From: Felis catus
Lineage: Eukaryota
Assembly: GCF_018350175.1 (NCBI RefSeq)
Contig: NC_058370.1
Coordinates: 15,128,001 to 15,192,000 of the forward strand
DNA: 64,000 nt
Direction of reading: 5' to 3'
Positions 25,101 to 36,600 of the stretch are shown here, one piece after another; within the stretch, counting starts at the first letter, position 1; every line of letters begins with the position of its first letter. Made by a program: the position numbers and the translations under genes. Under the pieces are notes generated by a model. That model was not told the origin of the DNA. It ran no database searches and worked only from the letters and a program-made list of their open reading frames with translations.

Positions 25101-25549
25101 TCCCGCAGGGCGGTCTGGCTTGTTCTTCACTCCCTCAGCTTCTCTGACGTCTCTCCCCGTGCCGGGTCCCAATTTCCACCCACTTCCGTCCCCACTCTCC
25201 CCCCGCCAAGTCACCGAAGGTCCCAGTCACACTTTCATCTTGGCTTACCCGCGGAGGATCCTGGCAGCCTGCCTCCCCCTTCCGTCCTCCTTCGGGAGGC
25301 CCTCCCAGGGCGGCCCGAGCTCCCGGCGTGCCCTCCTGTCCCCGTATCTGCCCGCTCAAGGAGGAGGTGGGGGCCCGGAAGTCCGAGGTCTCGACCCCAA
25401 GGCCCAGGGCGTGCTGGGCACGGCCAGTGTTACCTCCATACCGCTCACCTCTTGCCCACGGGGCCCCGGGCAGCGCCCCCGCTGGGCTCGGCTCCTTTGC
25501 GGGCGGCGGCGACGCTGGCGGCGGCTGGGTCGCGGTTCTGGGAAGCCAT
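22107..25549 (-). CDS. UBE2C: Ubiquitin-conjugating enzyme E2 C (UbcH10); exon 4 largely hidden by an N gap
   Basis: Exons 25549-25449, 24900-24873, 24104-24018, 23009-22805, 22689-22630 and 22165-22107 sum to 540 nt (179 aa). Peptides MASQNRDPAAASVAAARKG, LQQELMTLM, SGDKGISAFPESDNLFKWVGTIHG, TILLSIQSLLG, EPNIDSPLNTHAAELW and FKKYLQETYSKQVSSQEP*. Confidence 0.97.
22841..22996. other. Sequence gap (156 N) inside UBE2C exon 4
   Basis: Run of N. Confidence 0.99.
23305..23680. mobile_element. Two CAN-SINEs in UBE2C intron 3 (short one on - at ~23305-23419; one on + at ~23459-23680)
   Basis: Consensus heads and tails. Confidence 0.87.
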
Positions 25550-25599
25550 CCGGGCGGCGCGGGCAGGGAGACAGGAACTCGGAGAGCACAACTGCAACT

Positions 25600-25835
25600 G
25601 CAGGGCTGGGGGCCCGCCCGCCCGCGTTTGAATTGTAACCCTCCGGCTGGACCAGCCAATCAGCGGCTCGCTTGGGTTTGATCCAGCCAATGAGGAGCGC
25701 CAGAGCACTCTGTAACTGCGCAACTGCTAGACCCACCCTCCAGCGTACCACTATTGGGCGGCAGGAACAGACTTCTGATGGACGATTGGTAGAAGAGGCC
25801 GCCATTAACTAACGGATCTGCAGCGGATTGGTGGC
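25600..25835 (-). promoter_or_regulatory. UBE2C G2/M-type promoter (CHR plus multiple CCAAT boxes) in a CpG island
   Basis: TTTGAA at 25627-25632 next to a GC-rich element. CCAAT at 25656 and 25687; ATTGG at 25753, 25785 and 25827. Confidence 0.8.
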
Positions 25836-26502
25836 CTTTGGAAAACGCCGACCATTAAAGGGCCAAGAAAAAGTCCACGTGGGATGATGAACCCTTCCAG
25901 GACAAACGCCGGGATGCGGCTGGGAACGGTCGGTGCGCTCAGCCAGGATCCCTACGCCCAGGGGAAGGGAGCGTCCGGGTCTCGTCGACATTGGTACTTC
26001 TTCCCTCAACCCGGAAACCCCTGCTCCTCCATCTATTGTAATGTCCCGGGCACCTCTATAGGGACCTCTGAAAACTCATGCGAGGGGAATGATGGCCAGA
26101 ACAGGAGAATTAGAAACGGGCTCATAACGCTGCCTCTCCAACCGTCCTCTGGGACCTGAGACACAACATTTCGTATCTTAACCTGTAAAACGGGGGGGTA
26201 ATGAAAGCCTCTCCTCATTTTCTGGTCTGTCATCAACCCCTATGATGCCAGCCATCACATTCTGGCACTTCGTCTATACCTTAGGGGATGAAGAAATAAG
26301 AGACACAGGGAAGGTTAACAAAGCACATGATGTCCCCAGCCTCGTCTCATAAAGCAGATAATGCCTGGGGCAGTGGGACTTCACTGGGTCTGACCTGGAA
26401 TGGGGGAGGGTAGCTGGTCATCTTTTCCTGTGCCCCCTTCTTCTAGAGCCCTTGGTAATCCGTCCATCCCTACAATGCAGACCACACAGCAAGCTCACTA
26501 TG

Positions 26503-26508
26503 TTTATT
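26503..26508 (-). terminator. DNTTIP1 polyadenylation signal
   Basis: TTTATT on +, about 210 nt after the stop codon. Confidence 0.75.
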
Positions 26509-26720
26509 ACAAACTGTTTAATTGCTTCTTAACCCGGTAACTTTACAAATATAGAACCACGTGCCATTCTGGGGGTGCTCTGTAATGAGTCACTACAGAC
26601 TAGCCCAGGCACAGTTTAATGCCGCTGAGATCCATCCAGGAGCAGTCCCGGCAGTGGCCTCAGCCATGTGGGGGAGGGCCTTGGGAGGAGGGCTGCCAAG
26701 TGTGGCCAGGGGACCTGGCT

Positions 26721-29700
26721 TCAGGTCTGAGGAGGTGCTTCAACAGCACGATGCTCATTCTCTGTCCGTAGTGTCTCCATGTACTTTCGCATCTTCTCAA
26801 CCATCCAGGAGGGTAGCACAAAGGATTTCAGCTCCTCCAATTTCAGGTCCAGGCATCCTCTGGAACAGACATTGAGGAGAGTTGAAGCAAGGGAGGGTAT
26901 GGGCCCAGGCTCACCCCAAGGGGCTACTGTGATGGGAGGGGAGAGGCAGGGGACAGATGACTGGTTTTACCTGTAGTCATCACTGGCAGCGAGGTCCCGG
27001 ATGTCCTCCTCAATGAGGAGGTAGGCCTGAGGCAGGAGCAAAGGAGAGTGGTCACTGCCTTTGATTCAATTCAACTCAACAACACTTGATTAAACATGTG
27101 CTTAATGCCAGGGCTGGAAGGGAGAGGGGCATGGTTTACAATTTAGGAGGGGAGAGTGAGTAGGGAGAGACTGGGGAACAGAGCCCTGAGACCACCTTTC
27201 ACACATATAGAAACTTTATGGGTTAGGGAGTGGGACTGGTGACTTATTTATGGCTCTTTCCTCTTAAAAAAGGCCTCTGAGGTAGCTTAAAATGAAATGG
27301 CAAGAGAGCTGGCAAAACACATATGGAAACAGGAAATCAGGAGGAGGAAGCCATATGTTAACTCTAAGAACGAAGATAATCTGGTTTCGAACTTCATGGC
27401 AAAAGGGAAAACATGAGAAGCTGCACACACTGCTGTGGTCCTGGGGCCTACGGAACAGCTTTGGCACAATGCCACGGTCTGCAGTGGGAGAGAGCCCTCT
27501 CATGAGCTTACCATACAGGGGATGTTATCCGTCACACGAGAAAGTCTTCTGGGAGAGACAGTTCTTTCTGCTCTCATGGTCAGGATTGTGTGTCCCCTGA
27601 GGAATCTGTTTTCACCTTATGAGCACTGTGAACTATCTAACAGATGAGGTGTCCTTGAGAAGGGCCTAGAGCTAAATTTGTGAAAACCCATGGAAGTGTG
27701 CTGGTTTATCAAGTCAGCAATTAAAAAAAATGAAAAAAAGTCAGCTGCTAGTCTTGCAGCGCCTGGGTGGCTCAGTTGGTTGAACATCCGACTCCGGCTC
27801 AGGTCATGATCTCATGGTTCGTGAGCTCGAGCTTAGCATCAGGCTTACTTCTCAGTGCAGAGCCTGCTTTGGATCCTCTGTCCCCCTCTCTCTGCCCCTC
27901 TCCTGCTCATGCTTTCTCTCTCAAAAATAAAAATTAAAAAAGAAATAAAGCTCGTCTTGCTTATCGCTTAACTTTAGATCCTGTCTTTCCTTTTTCCCAT
28001 CGATTTCTTATTTATGTTATGTTGCGTTTTATGTATCAGTGCTAAGCTCCCTGACATCTTCTTAAACAGGGGGTAGGAATAAGAAGAGTACTAAAAAGAA
28101 GATGGTTTTTCCTTGCCAGAAAGGAGATGGCATACTGGCTTGCAAGGCCACGGAGTTCTAACAGGTGCAGTCACAGTGGTGCGACTGAGGCCTCAGGTGG
28201 GGGACACTGCATGTGATGAACAAAACCCTGCTACTTTTAGAACACACACAGCGATGATTTTCCCCAAGATTGTTGCTTGATATAAGCTAAGTACTCTTTA
28301 AGCAGAGGTGATTCTGGAAAGGGCTGCTAGGTGTGGCAAACAAGTTTTACTGCATGTGCTAACTCCTACTGACAAGAGGTGCTGCCTGGATCACACTGTG
28401 TTGGCAAGATTCTATAGCTGTGTCTGGTAGAAGAGTGTTGTGATCCACGAGTGCAATCTGTCAATGGGCACATGAGGGGAAAGTAGTGTTAAGTGTGTCT
28501 GGTGCTTGACATTTTTAGGCACAGCTAATACAATCCAAATACAAGGGATGATGTGGGAGGCTGAGGGAGTGGTGTGTGGGAAGGGAATCCAGGGATTAAG
28601 TCCGACCTTCAGCATGAAGGAATGGGCCCTCTCCACCCTGACAAGTCTCCCTTTCCACATTCGTCAGGCTTTGAGTCTCACGTGGAGGTAGGCTGGAACC
28701 TTGGTCCCCGGGCTGGGTGGGTCTCTGACATGGCACGTGTGAACAGTGCTTACCATCTTCCCTCCTGTTGCCCGCATGTGATGCTGCTCGGCCAGCCAGT
28801 GCTTGTCCTGGGGGTCAGCTGCGTACTGTGAGGGACGAAATCACAGACGTTAGCCTAGTGAGAGGAACTTTTCTCATTTGGTCCCAGAGCCATTTCTCGG
28901 TCCCTGAGTAGCTCTTACTAAGAAGACCTCGTCTCAGCCTGGTGGATGTCAGAGGGCTCGCCAACTTCTTCACAGCAAGTAGAGCTGAGCCCAGGAGGCC
29001 AGGGGTCGGGACCCCCATACTAGATCTTTAGCACTTCTAATCCCTACCCCTTCCTTTCTCAGAACACAGAACTCTGGCAACTGGTCAGACTGATGACTAC
29101 TATTCTAGAGTGTAATTCCTCTTTAAAAAATGACCTGAGGTAGTTTATAACACATGTGAATGGTTATGGTGACCATTATTTTCTAAGACAAAAATCAGGA
29201 CAGGTCAAGCAGAATAGGGGGAGGCAGAATAGTACTGTGGTGAAGAACCTGGTTTTGGAATTGGGTTAAAATTCTGGTTCCTGCCCCTTAGTAGATGGTG
29301 TCAGCCTGGGCAGTAATTTCCTGGAGACTCGGTTTCTTCATCCGTGAAATGGTGTTCATACTTATACTTACCTCATCGGGTGCTCGGTAAGGATAAATGA
29401 TATAGTGCATAAAAAGTAGGAAAGATAGTACCTGACACAGTAAGTGCTCAATTAAGGTAGGTTTTATAAGACAGGCACAACATTTGAGATAGAGACAAAG
29501 CAGAGAGATCTGCATCGTTACCACTCTTTGAGTTTAAATACTTATTTCATTTCCCAAGTAACATGAATATTAATCAGAAAATTTTAAAGTATGCACTTTC
29601 TGACCCAGCAATCTCACTTCCAGGGATGTATCCTGCAGAATCACTCACACATGTACACAGGCATATTTGGGAAAGCATTGTGTGTAATAGCAGAACTACT

Positions 29701-30274
29701 GGGAAAAAATGTAAATATCCATTAATAGCGGAGTAATGAAGTAAGTTATGGAATATCTAGTCTATAAGTTCTACACAGCTGTTAGAAATAAAATGAAGGA
29801 GACTTAATAAGATGGACAAATCTCAGATATTATCCATAGATTCATAGTGGTCAGCATACTTTTTCTTTCTTTTTTTTTTCTTTAAAGGGCCAGCTAGTAA
29901 GTATTTTAAACTTTGCTGGCCACATACATTTTTGTCACGTATCCTTCATTTTTATTTTTTTAAATTACTCTTTAAAAATATAAAAAACCAGAGTTGGACA
30001 AAAATAGGCTACAGGTTGGATTTGGCCCCCAAGCCATAGCTGCTGGTTCTGAATGTTAGCTCTGTGGGACACCTGGGTGGCTCAGTCAGTTAAGCATCTG
30101 ACTCTTCATCTTGGCTCAGGTCATGATCTCACAGTTCGTGGGTTCGAGCTCCAGGTTGGGTTGTGTGCTCACAGCATGGAATTCCTGCTTGGAATTCTCT
30201 CTCTCCCTCTCTCCCTGCACCTCTCCTGCACATGTGCTTGTACACATGCACACTCTCTCCTTCCCTCAAGAATT

Positions 30275-30334
<60 letters not shown>

Positions 30335-30645
30335 AAAAAGAATGTTAGCTCTGTGAAGGCAAGGAGTTTTTTGTGTCTGTTTTGTTCACTGCTATGTATC
30401 AGCACCTTGAGAGTGTTTAGCACTCAATAAATATTTGTTCAATGAATGAATTTTGGGGTAAAAAAATACAATCAGAGAACACTATGTACTTATTTTTTTT
30501 TTTTTTTTAATTTTTTTAACCTTTATTTTTGAGACAGAGAGAGACAGAGCATGAATGGGGGAGGGTCAGAGAGGGAGAGGGAGACAACACTATGTACTTA
30601 CCTACATTTTATGGTTACTGACATATGTATTGTCAAATCACTAAA

Positions 30646-30691
<46 letters not shown>

Positions 30692-33600
30692 ACAATCCCA
30701 TGTGTGTGCACAGGGCGGGAACTGAAGGATGCTACCATGTTGGTGGTGGTGGCCTCTAGGGGAGGAGACTCCAAATCAAGGGTGAAGGGAAACTTTGTGT
30801 TTTGTTCCCTATTAGCTTCTGTATATTGAGTCTTTTTACAATAAGAATGAGGTGATATATTTATAATAAAAAAAGTTAAAAAGGAAAAAAATCTGAATAA
30901 TGCGTCAGAAGGACAGAAGAATGGGCAAAAAATTCAATAAGCAGTTTACAGAAGAAATACAAAGGGATGCATCGAAATGATGCTCGTTGTCACTAACAGA
31001 ATATAAAGTAAAACAACAAAAACATTTTCCCTCCACTTCTTAGATTGGAAAGGTTACAGTGAGACATCACACCCACCAGTAATGAGTGTGGATCGGCAGT
31101 TTAAGAATGGCGAATCTAAGAATCGGGAATGTCTGCTGGTTACAACGAACATTTGCTGAGCCCTTGCTATGTGCCAGGCATTGCTCTGGGAGTTCACTGC
31201 ACTCTCTCTTAATTCTGCTCATCCTAAAAGGTTGGTTTGTATCATTTTCTTTTGGTAGATGACAAAACAGACTGGGAAATGTGAAGCCACTTGCTCAAGG
31301 TCACCTGGCTACTAAGCGGTGGAACCTGGACTGAAACTCTACTCTTAACCACTGCGCTACCGGAGTTCCAAGTAGGTCCCGGAGCACAGACATGGGAGAT
31401 AATGCTAGAGGGGTTTCAGAAGACGTGGAGGTTACAGAAGAGTCAGGCAGAGATAAGCCTGGGGGAGGAAGGTCATCAAGCGCAACAGCAGGAGTGAAGG
31501 CACTGAAAGGGAAACGAGGTAGCAAGTAGGCATACTGTCCAGGTGCTGAGGAGCCCAGGACGTACGACTGAAAGACTAGAAGCAAGTCTGCCCATCAGAG
31601 AACTTGAACTTGCACAGAATGTAGCACACAGAGCCGTAATTTTGGGACCCCAAAGGAGCCGTGTGGTTCTGGCAAGGGGCACCAAGCCTTATGCACAGGT
31701 GCAAAATCACCTGTCTTCAACACACACGCACTACTATCTTTGTAATATATTTGGATGCTTTTGTGACTGAAAAAACATAAATTCATTTAAGGGGGTGAGG
31801 GAATTTGTGCCCCTCCCCCATTATTTTCTTAAATAGTAGAGACCAAAGTACCTTTGTTTGAAAAGGATTAGAACTGCTGCCCTGCTTCAATCTCTTTATT
31901 TTATAGACAACTGAATAAGGTAGTGGTAAAGAGCTCAAACTTTACCAAAGACAGGCCTGGCCTGGAATCCTGACTCACCACTTATTGGCTGAGTAACTTT
32001 GGGCAAGTCACTTAGCCATTCTTTACCTCTGGGTTGTTTTTTGTTTTTTTGTTTTTTTTCCCTTTGTAAAACAATATAGCAATCCCTATCTCAAAGGATA
32101 GTTCCATGAGATAATGTAAGTGCAGCACAAGAAACTGGTACACAATAAGCACACAAAGAAAGTTGCTGTTACTATTGAGATACAGAGTTGTTGAGTAAAT
32201 TACAAAAGGTAAAGGTAAAGGTTAAGGGCAGAGGGGTGACTAGAACCCAGAAGTCCTGACTCCCAGATCAGTATTTGTTCCAAACTTCTCTGTGCCATCC
32301 AGAGCTCCCAACAACCATCTACACACACAGCAACGGCCTGCCTAACTCCTAGCACTCACCTACCTTAAAGAGGTGAGGGTGCTTGATGTAGATTCTCCCT
32401 CTGGTGCCCCCCATCCCCAGGGCCCTGAAAAGGAACAGACGAGTGGTAAGGATTCCAGCAGCTGCAGTCCTAGGAGCAGGCCCCAGAGTTGCCCCCCTCC
32501 CTCCGCGCCAAAGCCCTTAAACTTACTTGTTGGCTCGAGATCCCAACACAAAGGTGGTAGATTCATTCAGCCGGGCTGGGTCCCACTATGCAAAAGACAG
32601 AGGCGGGTGAGGGTGAGGTGTACCTGCTGGACAGGATGGAAATACTCTTCCTACCATTATCCTTGTCCACTATTCCAAACAGCTGATTCAAGTAACCAAG
32701 TACTGACGATATGCTAGACTAAATATTGGGGATAAAGAGACGAGTAAGATACAGTCTGCTCTCCGGGGACCACAGACGTATGTGTAGTAATTATACCACC
32801 ACGAGACAGGCAGGGGTACAGATGAGGGCCGGGCATGAGGGATGCCAAGGGGGAGAGCAACAGGAAGGCTCCCTCGCAGACGTAATTCCCAAGTTAATTC
32901 TGAAAGGGTGGAGGAGAGGAAGAAAGGGACCAGGATGAATGCAGGAGGGGACAGTGGGCTTGGCATGCTAGAGAAACCATGAGCAATTCTGTTACACCTA
33001 AAGGAGAGGGAGCACAGATTAGCAAGTGGCAACTGATGAGACTGGAGAGAGAGGCAGAGAGGGCTTGAGGCCCTGGTATGCTTCTTTTTGTGGGTCTGTA
33101 CTTTATTCTGTAGGCCACGGGGAGTTACTGAGGCCTCTAAATAGGGAGAGCCAGATTTGCTTTAAAGACAGCTCACTTGCCCACAATGTGGCTAATGGAT
33201 TGGAAGTGGCAAGACTGTAGGCAGGGAGCAGTTTAGAGGGTGCTGTCCTAATGTACTTCTGAAAGATGAGGGTCTGAGCTCAGATGGCAGTATGGATGAC
33301 GAGAAGGGAAAAGGAATGGTGATATATTTGGGAGGTACACTCGTCCAGGACTTGAGGGGATGTAGATGGGAAGGAGGGGGAGAGGGAAAGATGACTCAAG
33401 TAGAGAATGTCAAAGAAGGTCTGTGAAGAAAGATTCCGACTGCAATGTGGGATATTTGAAATGCTATGGAAATTCCAGGCAGGGCGTTCTAGCAGGCAGG
33501 GTATATAAATTTTACACCAGAAAGAGAGGTGTGGGACAAACAAGGGGGTATGCCAACTTCAGGACACACTGAGCCCTGAGTACATCATTCACAGAAACTT

Positions 33601-36600
33601 TGGGTGCAGGAGTGGGCCAGGGAGAGAATTCTGAGGAACGCCCATGTATATGGGTCATTGCTGAAGAAGAACTCACGAGAGACAGAAGGGATGTCTGGGG
33701 AGGAACAGAAAGATCAGGCAAATGAAGGAGCATTTCAATCAAGGGAGCAGAGTTTAAGACGAAAGGCATGGTCACCAGTGTGAGAGCAGAGAAGGCCAGT
33801 AATACAGGAGGTGGAACCTTTCTTTTCTTTTCTTTCTTTCCTCTTTCTTTCTTTTTAATGTTTATTTATTTTTGAGAGACAGACAGCACGAGAGGGGCAG
33901 AGAGAGAGGGAGACACAGAATCCAAAGCAGGCTCCAGCTGTCAGCTTAGAGCCTGACATGGAGCTCGAACCCATAAACTGCGAGATCATGACCTGAGCCA
34001 AAGTCGGATGCTAAACTGACTGGGCCACTCAGGCGCCCCGGAGGTGAAATATTTCTCCACTTGATCTTAGCCAAAAGGCCGAGAAGCAATGGGAGGTGAA
34101 ACATTTCTACTGGACACAGCCTCAACCAGGACAGAGGAGTCTTCAGGTACCTTACTGGGCTTCCACACATGATTTTATTTGAAGAAAGGATTCTATTGCT
34201 AAAAGAGCTTGCAAACAACCGTTCTGGAGGCAACAGAGGCTAATGGTTAAGAGCATAGCCTCTGGTGGCAATGAACCTTGGCTTTGAGACTTGGGTTGAC
34301 CACTCAGCAGGTATGTGACTCTGAGCATGTCTCTAAGCCTTCACATACGTTCAAGGGTATTAAGTATATAAGCTAACTAGATAAAATAGTTCCTTCCCAC
34401 AAGGTCGTTCACAGGAAAGGAAGCTCAACTACAGAAGCATAACAGAATCTATCTCATAAGATTGTTATAAAGATTAAATGATACTCCTGAAACCAGTATT
34501 ACACTGTATGTTAACTAACTAGAATTTAAATAAAAACCTGAAAAAAAAAAAAGATTAAATGCAACCACATAATCCGTACAAAAGATTTAGTACAGTGCCT
34601 GTTACATGTTAAGTATCCCTAGCTCCAATCCCTATTTAAGACCCTTCTGGGAGGCCAGCGGGGGCATGGGTGCAGGGCAGGGGTCGGGGAATAGGGGGAT
34701 GGCTCTGGAATGGCATTCACAAATACCTCACACACTCGCCCCTTCCCTCATGGTGGGCCCAGAGCCTTGACCGAGTCTCCCTGGCATCGTGGTCACTGCC
34801 ATGCTCACATAATCATACCTTGGGGCCTTCTCGGCGAATTGGTTCACAGGATTTTGGTTTCCATCTGATTGGAAGGAAAGAAGAAAGGTGACTTCTCCGA
34901 GGTGAGGCCCAGGACTGGAGCAGAGCCTGCTGGCGGTGGTGGGAGTTCCTCACATACTCTCACTTTGGCCCTGGCTGTCTTTCCTCCTGGTAACCCACAG
35001 GAGGAGGTACGAAGGCAAAAAGCCATTCTAGGACTGGCTCTGATGTTACCTAGCCACGCGGACAAGTCCGGGAACCTCTCTGAGCTGCAGTTTTCTCATC
35101 TGCGAAAAGGAGAGAACAGCAGCAACTACCCTCCCTCTCCTGTTTGTGAGCAGTGGGGCTGCTTCGGGAGACCACGCTACGGTACGATGACTTTACTGCT
35201 CCGTCTCCTAGACCAGTGGTTTCAAGCTGTCCCCGTTGTTCCCAACCCCACCCGTGCGGCTCTATCAAGCTTCCACGTAAAGTTTTGCTTGAAAGAAAGA
35301 TTCTGCTGCTTCAAAAACCGTAGCGCAATTTTGTTCATTATTAGCTGTAGGACCTTGGACAAAAATTCTCTGAGTCTGTCTCCTTACTTGCAAAAGTAAC
35401 TATACCTTCACTACAGGGTGGCTGTAAGGATGAAAAGGTCAAGTACATAAGGTGTTTAGACCAGTTGTGGCACCTTATGAGCATTTAATATATACTAACA
35501 ACAAAAACAACTCTGGTATTTAATCAAGCTGGGCTGAACAGTTCTGGGGCAAAAGCAGGATAAAACAGTGTCCCCCCTTTGCTGCCTTCTTTCCCCAGCC
35601 CTCAAACCAGACTAACCCTCCTCCCTGGTGACTCAAATGCTGGATCTGATTTTGGCAGGCAGAACTCTGGCCTGTCCCCCTCCAGGCCCACTCCCTCCCC
35701 GTTCTCACCACACCGCTGGCCCCTACTCACACCATGCCGGCAGCCGCCCGGTCATTTGACAGCATGTGTCCAGGAGGCCGTCCCTTCCTCTGCCGTAAAG
35801 AACAGCTGTCAGAGGCCTGACCCTGTGGGAAGCCCTACCTCGTGCCACTGGCAGGTCCAGGGTCACTTGGTGGAGATGGTTTTCCAAAGAGACCAAATGA
35901 GAGTGAGCAGGGAGAGTAACAGTCTCCAGGGGCCCTGCCTCTTATGCTAGATAGGCTCCACGGTGCACGGAGGAGGCCCTCTACCTTCTTCTGGACTTGT
36001 AGGGCCTTTTCCCAGCCAGAAAATGGGGAGATGGTTTACCTTTTTGGGAATGGGGCTTCCTCGATGGGCACATTCTTCTTCTGTCTGTCGGCCACGCTGG
36101 AGGAAAATGGAAGGGAGGAGTCGGTGAAAGGCCAGAGCCTGGGAGCTGCAGGTCCCGTGGGGCTGCAGAAGCCAGAGCCTGGGACTACACCCTCCAGCCC
36201 CTCCCTGGACCAGGCTTCAGAAGCTCTCCCAGTGATGCTATTTGGACCTGGTCCTACAAACAGGTAACACGTGGAACCTCCCTGGGCCCACAGAGTTCAC
36301 CTGCCTCCCAGCCTCATCGGTCTCCCCATGCAACACCCCAGACACAGTGAGTCTGACCTTTATCCCTGGAAGTTCATGGGTCAATCTGGGTATTACTTTT
36401 TCTCCATCTGAAAACAGTAGTTTAGCCTGAAGGGAAAAGACCAAGGTGCTAACAGTTATTATTTTGGTGGATAACAGCTAGGTTAAAACTCCAAACTGGG
36501 TTGAAAATTTTTCATGATCAGTACAAAGGCACCCCAAGATATACATATAAACAGAGACCTATTTTTTAAAATACTTAAGTACGATTGACNNNNNNNNNNN

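Noticed and set aside
25120-25805. Overlapping 149-174-aa ORFs around UBE2C exon 1
   Set aside because: GC-rich promoter and intron; no domain or splice support
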